Positions 19,439 to 28,063 of a stretch of DNA of 64,000 nucleotides are shown here, in pieces (within the stretch, counting starts at the first letter, position 1; each line of letters opens with the position of its first letter). The DNA comes from a virus (lineage: Duplodnaviria > Heunggongvirae > Uroviricota > Caudoviricetes). The DNA is taken from the IMG/VR virus record IMGVR_UViG_2574180019_000006; one strand, given 5' to 3'. The notes under the pieces were generated by a model. That model searched no databases. It was not told the origin of the DNA and saw only the letters and a list, made by a program, of their open reading frames with translations. The translations under genes and the position numbers were made by a program.

Positions 19439-19596
19439 TGCTTGAGAGATTCCGGCTTGTGATCGTCATTGCTCTTCTGGTGATGGCGGTTTTGGTGGAT
19501 TTTACGGGAAAGATGATGTCTGTCATTTCTGATGGCGTCCTCATTGGTTTGGCGATCTACTTCGCTTATCCGTTAGTTCGTAAAGCAAAGTGTTAA
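19438..19596 (+). CDS. small hydrophobic membrane peptide (52 aa)
   Basis: Not in ORF track (<60 aa); ATG overlaps upstream stop (TAATG); sequence MLERFRLVIVIALLVMAVLVDF...; followed by terminator. Confidence 0.35.
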   Translation: MLERFRLVIVIALLVMAVLVDFTGKMMSVISDGVLIGLAIYFAYPLVRKAKC

Positions 19597-19599
19597 TGA

Positions 19600-19626
19600 C
19601 AAGGGCCAAATGGCCCTTGTGTTTCG
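19600..19626 (+). terminator. Rho-independent terminator
   Basis: caagggccaaatggcccttg hairpin followed by tgtttcg. Confidence 0.5.
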
Positions 19627-19702
19627 TTGACCGAAATAGAGAGTTTGCACCTTTACGTTTAGCTTGCTCCCCTTTTATGCCACATCACAATAAAGCCAAT
19701 AA

Positions 19703-19720
19703 GAAAACAACTTGTTTAAG
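19703..19720. promoter_or_regulatory. Palindrome gaaaacaacttgtttaag
   Basis: AAACAA-N-TTGTTT family upstream of ORF 19736. Confidence 0.4.
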
Positions 19721-19735
19721 CATTAGGAAAAACAC

Positions 19736-20302
19736 ATGTGCAAGAAATGCAAAGCGATAGCTGATGAACAAAACGCCTTATTCGAAGAAATGGATGCTAA
19801 TGAACTGGTCAAAATGTTAGCCATTCTTCGAGGAATAGAAGACGTTTCCATATTTGAGAGACTGTTTACAATACTTAATTTTAATTCCACCTTTGAAGAG
19901 CCAACTCAGATTGTAGCTTTGGCACACCATTTCGGTGTTCATTACCTTGCTGAAAAAGAGAGAGCTGATAAGTTGCAAGCGACTTTGGATATGGTGAGCG
20001 AGACTCAAGAAACTGATGACGGTAACAAAAGTGAGACGATTATTGCCAGCAAAGATCGTGAAATTGCCGGGCTTAAATCCTCTCTAACGATGTTGATGTC
20101 TGCAATCAACCTTATGTCTTCTAAAGCAGGTTCTAAAATGCCATCACTAAACAGCGACGATCCGATGGCCGTTCGCCAGCTTTTAGGTGCAATGGCCGAC
20201 CAGCTCGACGACACAAAGAGTCGCCTTGAAGACATGATGCGGGAGCTCACGCATCGCCATGACTTGAATAAGCAGCCGCACAAAACGCAATACGCACTCT
20301 AA
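19736..20302 (+). CDS. hypothetical protein (188 aa)
   Basis: ORF preceded by conserved ggaaaaacacATG leader. Confidence 0.45.
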   Translation: MCKKCKAIADEQNALFEEMDANELVKMLAILRGIEDVSIFERLFTILNFNSTFEEPTQIVALAHHFGVHYLAEKERADKLQATLDMVSETQETDDGNKSETIIASKDREIAGLKSSLTMLMSAINLMSSKAGSKMPSLNSDDPMAVRQLLGAMADQLDDTKSRLEDMMRELTHRHDLNKQPHKTQYAL

Positions 20303-20319
20303 TACAGCACCAGTCGACA

Positions 20320-20343
20320 GGGGGCGACAGCCCCCATTTTTAC
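20320..20343 (+). terminator. Rho-independent terminator
   Basis: gggggcgacagccccc hairpin followed by attttta. Confidence 0.5.
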
Positions 20344-20443
20344 GCCTTAAATCTGCTGTAACGCCTATGAATGCAGCTTTTATGCCTTTTCAAGTTTGCG
20401 ATAATTACACCAATCAGAAAACAAATTATTTAATGGTGTAATT

Positions 20444-22129
20444 ATGAATACAGCCCTTTCCATCATCGACGATGCCAGCTCAAACACGGCTATCGACTAT
20501 CGTCAGGAAATGAATGTCATCCACGAAATCGTGGCCGAGTGCGAGAAAGAGATCGCCTTCATGTATCAGGTACACGACTTCGTTTATGGCGACGAACGCC
20601 ACAACATGATTAATCGCCTGCTGAGACTAAACCATCGACCAGATGAAGATCGCTCGCGTTTAAATCGAGGTTGGTTGGATAAAGTCGATCTGGAATGGGT
20701 GAAACAGAATATTTGGGCCGAGTACTGGAGGAAGGTCACGGACATGACTAACGTTTTGCTGATCATGCCAGCTTCCCGTCGAGATGAGTGGCGCGAGCAG
20801 TTTATAGAGGGCAAACAGGAAGTCATCAAAACTGACAGAACCGGCTACCAGATGAAGGTTAAAGAGTTCGTTGGTGTACCGGAGTTCAAAGCAGAAACGG
20901 TCATACCCACGATGCTTAATTTGCTGAATGACAGGCACAAATATCTCTCTGAGCGCGTGTATGGCTTGTTTAAGGCGCTGAGTCCTGCGCACAAGACAAA
21001 TAAGACAAACGGTTTCAGCGAGCGGCTGATAATCGCTGACTGCATTTCTGATTTCTGGCGGGACAGCGTTAGCGTGAACTATCGCAAAGAGGACTACATC
21101 GACGATCTGCGTGTCTTGCTTCATTTCTTCGCGCACAAAGAATTTATTACCATCAACCGCACTGCTGAGGTGCTATCAGCTGCGTATCGGGCAAACGACT
21201 GCCAGACCGGTGACTGGATGAACGTCGATGGAAATCTGATGCGCGTGAAGATGTTCAAGAACGGCAACGTTCACTTTGAAATACATCCTGACGTGGCCTG
21301 GAAGTTGAATGAGGTGCTGGCTTACAGTATGCCTGCTGCAATCCCCGCGCCATGTCGCACCGCGCCAAAAACACGGGCACCAAAGCAGTTCGGGTTAATC
21401 CAGAAGACGATCTCCGTGCCGGTTCGCACTGCGCTTCGTGACGGGCGATTGAGCAAAGACAAAGGCGTATGGTACTTCTCTGATTCAGCTCTCCAGAAGT
21501 CGCAGGTGGAAGAGCTTGAGCGCACACTGAGCTTCATTGGCGGCGTGCAGGAGAAAAAACACTGGCAGTTCCCGTATGACATCGTCCATACGCTAAATAC
21601 GATTGTGGCTACCGGATTAATACCGGATACAAAATCACACCAGTTCTACCCTACCCCACGCTTGATTGCTGAGTACGTTGCCAGAGCCACTGAATTGAAG
21701 CCTGGTGAGAAGCTGCTGGAGCCTCAAGCCGGACGTGGGGATCTTCTGGCCTATATTAACGCCGATCTGGAAGATGTTACCTGCATAGAAATCGCACCTC
21801 TCTTCGCTGATATCCTGCGTGGAAAAGGGTATACGAACACGATTTGCTGCGACTTCATAAAGTGGTCTGAGGACAACGCAGGTTATCAGTTCGACAAAAT
21901 CGTTATGAACCCGCCGTACTCGCTTGGTCGTCATAGAGAGCACACTCTGGCTGCGCTTGGGCATCTGAAAGTCGGCGGGCGTCTTGTAGCAGTATTGCCG
22001 GGCACTGCGCCAATACTGGACTGGATGACGATGGATAATTACGTTTATGCCAGAGGGAAGTCGTTTACCAACGAGTTTGAAGACACAGGGATCACAGTCA
22101 GCGTATACGTTTTCAAACGCGTTAAATGA
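20444..22129 (+). CDS. two-domain protein with C-terminal N6-adenine DNA methyltransferase domain
   Basis: 561 aa; C-terminal AdoMet motif I LEPQAGRGDL and catalytic motif IV VMNPPYS; N-terminal ~380 aa of unknown function. Confidence 0.6.
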   Translation: MNTALSIIDDASSNTAIDYRQEMNVIHEIVAECEKEIAFMYQVHDFVYGDERHNMINRLLRLNHRPDEDRSRLNRGWLDKVDLEWVKQNIWAEYWRKVTDMTNVLLIMPASRRDEWREQFIEGKQEVIKTDRTGYQMKVKEFVGVPEFKAETVIPTMLNLLNDRHKYLSERVYGLFKALSPAHKTNKTNGFSERLIIADCISDFWRDSVSVNYRKEDYIDDLRVLLHFFAHKEFITINRTAEVLSAAYRANDCQTGDWMNVDGNLMRVKMFKNGNVHFEIHPDVAWKLNEVLAYSMPAAIPAPCRTAPKTRAPKQFGLIQKTISVPVRTALRDGRLSKDKGVWYFSDSALQKSQVEELERTLSFIGGVQEKKHWQFPYDIVHTLNTIVATGLIPDTKSHQFYPTPRLIAEYVARATELKPGEKLLEPQAGRGDLLAYINADLEDVTCIEIAPLFADILRGKGYTNTICCDFIKWSEDNAGYQFDKIVMNPPYSLGRHREHTLAALGHLKVGGRLVAVLPGTAPILDWMTMDNYVYARGKSFTNEFEDTGITVSVYVFKRVK

Positions 22130-22149
22130 TAGGTAAATACTTACCTAAT
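22128..22149. promoter_or_regulatory. Intergenic palindrome gataggtaaatacttacctaat
   Basis: Recurrent palindromic element family directly after MTase stop. Confidence 0.35.
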
Positions 22150-22190
22150 TTGTGTAAGAATGTAGTTACTAAACGATAAGAGAAAAACAC

Positions 22191-22895
22191 ATGAACAACC
22201 TCCAGTTAGAGCATTTTAACGTCACAGGCCATTCTGATTTTCCTTTCAAGTTTACATTGAAAGGTTATGCAGAGGATGCGGTAGGCCAGATCATTATTGA
22301 TAAAGGCATCGTTAAGTTTGAGGGGAATTTTGATGAATCCGCGAAAACATTCATAGACTTCGTTGCCAAACGTTGGAGCGAGCAATGGAAAGACCTGGAA
22401 AAGCGCGCTAATGAGTTTGATCGGTTCATGGATGCAATGGATACAGCAAAAGAGGCTCTTGCTGCCGGGACTCCGTTAGATCTGGAGTCACTTTTCAACG
22501 GCGAAGTGGCCTCTGCGATGTTCGCCACCATGTTCGCGGGTGAGTTCGTCCGCAGCGGTGCCAAAAACTACCTTGAGCTGGATTACAACGTCCCTGCAAT
22601 TGGCGACTTCGTCGTTACCATCCAACGCAAAGAAGGTAAGACGCCAGGTGAACGCGTCGCAGAGCTTGAGGCCGTTGTGGAACAGCGTAACGGAGAGTGT
22701 GACCGTTTGATCAACGAGCTTCATGCACTTCGGGAAGAAAGAATATGTGCGGGTAGCAATACACGTAATGCTGCGGATATCTACTTCCAGTTAGTCGAGG
22801 AATGCCAGATTCCACCAGGTGGCTCTCTTGTCGATTACGTCAGACATTTAATGGCGGAAGTTAACTCCAGCCATAAAGATGGTGAGGTGCGCTGA
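22191..22895 (+). CDS. hypothetical protein (234 aa)
   Basis: ORF with conserved gagaaaaacacATG leader. Confidence 0.45.
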   Translation: MNNLQLEHFNVTGHSDFPFKFTLKGYAEDAVGQIIIDKGIVKFEGNFDESAKTFIDFVAKRWSEQWKDLEKRANEFDRFMDAMDTAKEALAAGTPLDLESLFNGEVASAMFATMFAGEFVRSGAKNYLELDYNVPAIGDFVVTIQRKEGKTPGERVAELEAVVEQRNGECDRLINELHALREERICAGSNTRNAADIYFQLVEECQIPPGGSLVDYVRHLMAEVNSSHKDGEVR

Positions 22896-23275
22896 TGTTT
22901 GGCATTGACGCACAGCGTGTAGCCGCTTTTGCAAAAAGCCCTCTTGATAATCCCTTGTCTCGTAGTGAGCAAATGGAGCTGGCAAGGCTTTTTCTTCACA
23001 TTCAAAAACAGGCAGACATTTTCAATAACATGCCTAATCAACCTATTCTGGATGGTCACATCCAGATGGTCATTAACAGTCATGAGAAAGGCTGGGCTGC
23101 AATCGTCCCCTGCACAATTACATACAAGTTGGCGAAAGAGGTTCAAGAGTTTCGAAAAGCCAGTGTCGAATCGGAGGCTACCAAAGCCGCAATAAACACT
23201 CTTATTCGCATGGGGTTCACATGGAACGGTGGAGCCTACTGGCAAGCACCTCACCCCATTTTATCCGGCAATTAG
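22895..23275 (+). CDS. hypothetical protein (126 aa)
   Basis: ATG overlaps upstream stop (ATGA coupling). Confidence 0.45.
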   Translation: MFGIDAQRVAAFAKSPLDNPLSRSEQMELARLFLHIQKQADIFNNMPNQPILDGHIQMVINSHEKGWAAIVPCTITYKLAKEVQEFRKASVESEATKAAINTLIRMGFTWNGGAYWQAPHPILSGN

Positions 23276-23305
23276 ACGCTACAAATCCTTCGGCATGAAT
23301 AAATA

Positions 23306-23340
23306 AAGGCCATAAGTTGTGGCCTTAAATAAATTGTTTT
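23306..23340 (+). terminator. Rho-independent terminator
   Basis: aaaggccataagttgtggcctt hairpin followed by aaataaattgtttt. Confidence 0.45.
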
Positions 23341-23394
23341 CCACCTTTTCTTATTTGTGAAAATAACCACAACTAGAAAACAACGGAGTTAAGA

Positions 23395-24036
23395 ATGTCT
23401 AGTATTTCCGAAGCTCATATGTTCGCCGCTGGCGCTCATGGTGGCGTTGGTCAGAAAAGAAAATATACCGGCGAAGACTACATCAACCACCCGGTTGCGG
23501 TCCGAGAGATTGTTGCATTGCATGACGGAACCGTGGAGATGCAAATCGCGGCGCTTCTGCATGATGTGGTCGAAGACACCCATGTAACCATAGAGATGGT
23601 TCGTGATCACTTCGGTGAGCGCGTAGCTGAAATGGTTCAGGCTCTGACCAACATTGCAAGGCCAGAAGACGGCAATCGAATACAGCGTTTCATCATCAAT
23701 GTCCGGGAGCTGGAGCAAAATCTCGACATGCAGACGCGCATGATCAAGCTGGCTGACCTGCTCGACAATACCTCTTCTATCGTGAGTCGCGATCCCGAGT
23801 TTTCAGCTGTCTACCTCGCAGAGAAAGAACTGATGCTGGACGTACTCTTTCACGGCAAAGAGATTGGTGCCAACGCTGATGTTGTCGAGTACATGGAGAG
23901 GATAGGTATAGAACACCCGTTGCTATTAAGCGCAATGGCGAAAGTCACTGAAGGTATTGCGCTTCTGAAACCGGTACACATCAAACGTTATGAAAAACAC
24001 AAATCGCTGATCTGGAGCGCGTGGGAGGCTGCATGA
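23395..24036 (+). CDS. HD-domain phosphohydrolase, RelA/SpoT-hydrolase-like (putative small alarmone hydrolase)
   Basis: HPVAVREIVALHDG ... AALLHDVVEDT matches the RelA/SpoT HD (p)ppGpp-hydrolase signature; 213 aa, no synthetase domain; RBS acggag. Confidence 0.6.
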   Translation: MSSISEAHMFAAGAHGGVGQKRKYTGEDYINHPVAVREIVALHDGTVEMQIAALLHDVVEDTHVTIEMVRDHFGERVAEMVQALTNIARPEDGNRIQRFIINVRELEQNLDMQTRMIKLADLLDNTSSIVSRDPEFSAVYLAEKELMLDVLFHGKEIGANADVVEYMERIGIEHPLLLSAMAKVTEGIALLKPVHIKRYEKHKSLIWSAWEAA

Positions 24037-24575
24037 AGGTCGAAAAAATAGATGTTCTTTCCTTTGTGCTGACGGATCTGGAACGCCTCGATCCGGTTCG
24101 AGTAATGATTGAAAACTACGAACCTGGTAAGGGAAGAATCACCATCATCTGCTACGGAAAAGCGTGGACTGCGGCTTGGTTTGCTATGGGCGGTGATGAT
24201 GTGCAGACGTTCATTAAGCGGGTCAGCAACGAGTATCTAATCGGCTATTTCGACTCTCAACTGCGAAGCACGGTCGACGATGACAACGATGCAAATCTGC
24301 TTTTCGTGAAGTCAGAAATCATAAAGTTACGAAGAGAGAGAGAAATCGACGCCGTACTGGCTCGTGAAATGTGGGACGAGGCGGAAAACGCCGATGACGT
24401 AAAAGAAAGCTGCTGTTGTTTCGGCGTCGGTAACAAACTGCTGAATCTCTTTGGTGATGATCCGTGGTATGCCGACTGGCCAACGGTACCAAACCCGAAA
24501 TACCAGTATCTGGAACGCATTGTGAACGCGGTACGTGAAGGGCTGAAAGAGTTAGACAAGTTAGAGGCATCGTAA
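24033..24575 (+). CDS. hypothetical protein
   Basis: ATG 24033 preceded by gggagg; overlaps upstream stop. Confidence 0.45.
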   Translation: MKVEKIDVLSFVLTDLERLDPVRVMIENYEPGKGRITIICYGKAWTAAWFAMGGDDVQTFIKRVSNEYLIGYFDSQLRSTVDDDNDANLLFVKSEIIKLRREREIDAVLAREMWDEAENADDVKESCCCFGVGNKLLNLFGDDPWYADWPTVPNPKYQYLERIVNAVREGLKELDKLEAS

Positions 24576-24997
24576 TGAGAGAGAAAATCAAGAACCCGGT
24601 CGTCGTATTGTATAAACGGGAAACCAGCGATTCTTATGCGGTATCCATCACTGATGGAAGCCAGAACATGCACGATGGTCTGCTAATGGCCTCCGTATCT
24701 CCTGATGATTCTGACTACCCTTTCGCCACTTTCGCTATGGTTGGTTACTACATGGCTGCCGAAATTGAGAAGTTGCGTGTTGAGCTGGAGACCGTTAAAC
24801 AGCGGGAAAAGGATCTGTTTATGGAAAATGTTCGACTTAAGTCAGGTATAGCCGGTCTGATACACCTCGGTATTCGATATGCGGATGTTGAGGTCATGAA
24901 AATTGCTGGAGATGCCCAGCTTTCTACTCCATGCACTGACAGCATCATAAACAGCATTGCAGCAGGCATTTTCACCAAAGAGGGGGCAGCACGATGA
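24575..24997 (+). CDS. hypothetical protein (140 aa)
   Basis: TAATG start/stop overlap; RBS agagg. Confidence 0.45.
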   Translation: MREKIKNPVVVLYKRETSDSYAVSITDGSQNMHDGLLMASVSPDDSDYPFATFAMVGYYMAAEIEKLRVELETVKQREKDLFMENVRLKSGIAGLIHLGIRYADVEVMKIAGDAQLSTPCTDSIINSIAAGIFTKEGAAR

Positions 24998-25179
24998 GAA
25001 CACTAGAGGTTCGCGCTGAAGACGTAATCCCTGGTGATGTGCTCATAACATCTAAAGGTCAACAATGTGCGGTTAAATCTTTTTGGATGGAAAATGACAA
25101 AGTGACTCTGTTCGGTACGGATGGTTCCGAAACTGATTATGACTACGACGAATTGCTTGTTGTTGAGAGAGCTGCCTAA
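24994..25179 (+). CDS. hypothetical small protein (61 aa)
   Basis: RBS agaggggg; coupled in operon. Confidence 0.35.
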   Translation: MRTLEVRAEDVIPGDVLITSKGQQCAVKSFWMENDKVTLFGTDGSETDYDYDELLVVERAA

Positions 25180-25832
25180 TGACCACCGTTAACAATAAGA
25201 AATGCTACCCAAGCGAGAAATATCTTAATGAGCTGATCACCAACATTGAGTTTGCTGCAAGGGCACCAGTTGAAGTCGTGAGAGCGATTGCAGCAGAGCT
25301 ACAGAAGCACCGTAAGGCCTATGCCAATACAGCCGCATCTAAGGATGGTTGGATAAGCTGTAGTGAGCGAATGCCTGTAATTGGCGAGCTAAATTGGAGA
25401 ACTAGTTTTCCTTTACTGGTTATGTGTGAGATCGGCGTTATACCTGCTTATTACGGCTTTGTGAGCGTTAATGGTGATAGGCATTATGGCTTTATGGAGA
25501 GTCTTAAATACGGAGACGATAACGGCAACCATCCTCAAACTAATGAATATGGTCTGATTAGCAATGTCACACACTGGATGCCACCACCAGAACGCCGCAG
25601 GAGTCGAACAGTGAATAAAGCAGAGTTATTTCAGAAAATATCGGCTCTCGCGACTGAATGTCACGCTATAGCATCTGAGCTTGATGTTGGCGGTGAACGA
25701 ACCGAGATGTTCGAAATATACAGTGTGCTGCGCAATCTCTGTCGGCGTGGCTACGCTACTCAGGTAGGGCGAATGACTAACCCACTACTCTCATCCTGTG
25801 ATGAGGATGACTCGGATGAGGATGACGAATGA
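25179..25832 (+). CDS. hypothetical protein with acidic C-terminal tail
   Basis: 217 aa, ends ...CDEDDSDEDDE; RBS gagagag. Confidence 0.45.
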   Translation: MTTVNNKKCYPSEKYLNELITNIEFAARAPVEVVRAIAAELQKHRKAYANTAASKDGWISCSERMPVIGELNWRTSFPLLVMCEIGVIPAYYGFVSVNGDRHYGFMESLKYGDDNGNHPQTNEYGLISNVTHWMPPPERRRSRTVNKAELFQKISALATECHAIASELDVGGERTEMFEIYSVLRNLCRRGYATQVGRMTNPLLSSCDEDDSDEDDE

Positions 25833-26212
25833 TGCATAAATCAGTAGCCGGTGAGCTTCAGAAGGAAGTCGATAATACCACTGATCTATTGGACGATATT
25901 TTAAGCATTCTCGCGCTGCTTGAGGCTGGTGATTGGTCAGAACATTGCACTAAAACAGAGCTAGGCGGTCGGCTTGAAAGAGAGATTACACGACTGATTA
26001 GCGATGCCCAAAATGATTTGTCACCTGAGCATCTCCCCTGCGATGTAGTTCTTGTGCCAGGGATGAGGATACACGAAGGCGTCAGAACGAAAACATTATT
26101 AACCGCATTACAGAGAAGAGCCGAACTAAGCTCGCGGATAAAGTTGATGCCATCCAAAATATTTGATGTCGTCAAATTTACGCCATCGCAACATACTGAG
26201 AGAGATAAATGA
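25829..26212 (+). CDS. hypothetical protein (127 aa)
   Basis: Overlapping start/stop with neighbours. Confidence 0.4.
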   Translation: MMHKSVAGELQKEVDNTTDLLDDILSILALLEAGDWSEHCTKTELGGRLEREITRLISDAQNDLSPEHLPCDVVLVPGMRIHEGVRTKTLLTALQRRAELSSRIKLMPSKIFDVVKFTPSQHTERDK

Positions 26213-26841
26213 GCACGGTAGCGAAAGATCTCACAGAAGATATTCTCAATGAAATTATTGCTGGTGCAAATACCTCGCTTGAGCAACTTCTTGCGTTAGC
26301 TCTGAGAGCCGAACGTCGAGACAGAAAACGTTTTTATGAGCGATTGCCAGGGAAGCGACCAGATAGATCGGATGAAGAAGGTTGCGATATAGACTACATG
26401 GAGCCTTCAGAGATTTATCAACTTGGTAAAGATGACGGCTGGAACGCTTATCACGATGCTGTGATGAAGTTGGATGAAAAAGTTAAACCTCTTTCTCGAC
26501 CGGTAGATCACGGTTTCCGCGATAACTGCGAATGCTCTAGTTGCCAGACCACGGCCCGTATTTGTTCCGAATTGACAGATAAGTCCAGCCTAATCTACGA
26601 AGTTAATGTAGGCGGTAATACATGGGTCGAATGCACAAGAGCTGCATACGTAAGAGCAAAAGACAAGGGTGAATTAACCAGAGTTGTTACCCATCACCCA
26701 AATGATGAGCTTAAAGATCACCAGATTAGAGAACTGGTGAACGAGTTGCGGGATATTGCGGTTCAGTACCACGGAGCGCAGCAATTGCGGGAGAAGATTG
26801 CCAGAGCAGTGAACAACTCAATTAGATCAGAAAGTATGTAG
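26209..26841 (+). CDS. hypothetical protein with Cys cluster (CECSSCQTTARIC)
   Basis: 210 aa; RBS gagagag; last gene before left boundary of host-like block. Confidence 0.45.
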   Translation: MSTVAKDLTEDILNEIIAGANTSLEQLLALALRAERRDRKRFYERLPGKRPDRSDEEGCDIDYMEPSEIYQLGKDDGWNAYHDAVMKLDEKVKPLSRPVDHGFRDNCECSSCQTTARICSELTDKSSLIYEVNVGGNTWVECTRAAYVRAKDKGELTRVVTHHPNDELKDHQIRELVNELRDIAVQYHGAQQLREKIARAVNNSIRSESM

Positions 26842-26899
26842 TCAATACAATAAAATGGCCCCATTTGGATGGGGCCGGTAACAACTAGCATTATGGGCG

Positions 26900-27260
26900 C
26901 TGGTTGACGTACTCAATGATCGCTTCGATGATTGCGAACATAGGCGGCACGATTTTGAAAAGTAAGTTAAGCACTATAGGCCTCACTTAGTTTTATCGCA
27001 CCTAGCTGCAAATACCTTTGAGCTTGCCTTTGCAGTTGCAATATCTGTAGTCGCCAGATACTTACGGCACGATTTCGAGTTAAGGTAAGGTTTTAGAGTC
27101 ACCAAAAACCTGGACTTAAATCTTCTTTGAGAACAACGATGTTTAGTAAATGGTCATTATTACCTAGTATGACCACTCAACGTTTCTTGATGAATCCAGT
27201 ACATTCGGTTAATCTTAGCTCAGTCGCCAGATACTTATGGCTCAGGAACAGAGCCGCAAA
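26900..27260. repeat. Non-coding region with three degenerate ~30-40-bp repeats (cggcacgattt(t/c)ga..; agtcgccagatactta(c/t)gg)
   Basis: Units at ~26936-26975, ~27048-27100 and ~27220-27245 share cores by eye; no ORF; lies at junction between phage-like genes and host-like block. Confidence 0.4.
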
Positions 27261-27275
27261 CTCTGTTTCCTTTTA

Positions 27276-27309
27276 AAAAGCCCAGCCTAGTCAACTGGGC
27301 TTTTTAATG
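27276..27309 (+). terminator. Rho-independent terminator
   Basis: aaaagcccagcctagtcaactgggcttttt. Confidence 0.5.
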
Positions 27310-27600
27310 TCTATTTTTAACCCAACATACCCTCAATACTGCAACATCAGTGTCTTGCGAATTAAGATAGTGTGAATAGATTTTTCATGCAAGTGCATAA
27401 GCCTGTGGATAACTCAGGAAGGAAAAAGTGACTTCTGCGCACTTTAGACCGGACAAGGCGTTCGAAAAAGTCAATGGGAAGAAAAAATTTGTTAAAAATA
27501 ACGTTTGTTTGAATTGTATATATTTATGCCTTTCAATAGTTAGCATCTTATTAACATCTTTTTTAAGAGATAGAGTTCAAAAATATATAGCTTCAATATA

Positions 27601-27620
27601 TACTGTATGTGTATACAGTA
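27601..27620. promoter_or_regulatory. LexA (SOS) box
   Basis: tactgtatgtgtatacagta = CTGT-N8-ACAG palindrome matching the LexA operator consensus, 16 nt upstream of the UmuD'-like start with RBS aagagg between. Confidence 0.7.
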
Positions 27621-27636
27621 TTAAGAGGCGAGTATT

Positions 27637-28026
27637 ATGGGCTTCCCTTCTCCTGCGGCGGATTATGTTGAGAGCCGTATTTCTCTTGATCAGCAGATAA
27701 TTAGACATCCTTCAGCGACCTACTTCATGAGAGCGGCTGACAGCCATCATCGTGAGGGAATATTGCAGGGCGCATTGCTGGTGGTCGATTCCTCACTTAC
27801 CCCGGTTGATGGTTCTCTGCTTGTATGCGCTCTGGATGGGGAATATCGCGTAAAAAGATACCGGAAGTATCCACGTCAGCATCTGGAGGATTTAAGAACT
27901 GGTAAGAAGGAAGCATTGCCAAAGGATGACGATGGATGCACGGGCAGCAATGCCGTGTTTGGTGTGATCACTCACATTATCAACGACGCAAGAAGTGGCG
28001 AGTTTGATGATTGTCCCGTGATGTAG
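27637..28026 (+). CDS. UmuD'-like S24 peptidase-family protein (starts at the position equivalent to the UmuD autocleavage product)
   Basis: MGFPSPAADYVESRISLDQQIIRHPSATYF nearly identical to E. coli UmuD residues ~25-55 as recalled; Ser of GDS(M) retained as ADSH and Lys in VKRY; C-terminal third diverged; no umuC follows. Confidence 0.7.
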   Translation: MGFPSPAADYVESRISLDQQIIRHPSATYFMRAADSHHREGILQGALLVVDSSLTPVDGSLLVCALDGEYRVKRYRKYPRQHLEDLRTGKKEALPKDDDGCTGSNAVFGVITHIINDARSGEFDDCPVM

Positions 28027-28037
28027 GAGAACTGATT

Positions 28038-28063
28038 AGGCGGTGCAATGCACCGCCTTTTTA
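28038..28063. terminator. Bidirectional terminator hairpin between UmuD'-like gene and mrp
   Basis: aggcggtgcaatgcaccgcc hairpin with T-run on plus strand; convergent gene ends. Confidence 0.5.

Noticed and set aside
27428-27700. 90-aa AT-rich ORF
   Set aside because: Runs through the LexA box and the RBS and start of the UmuD'-like gene. Composition suggests promoter DNA, not coding.
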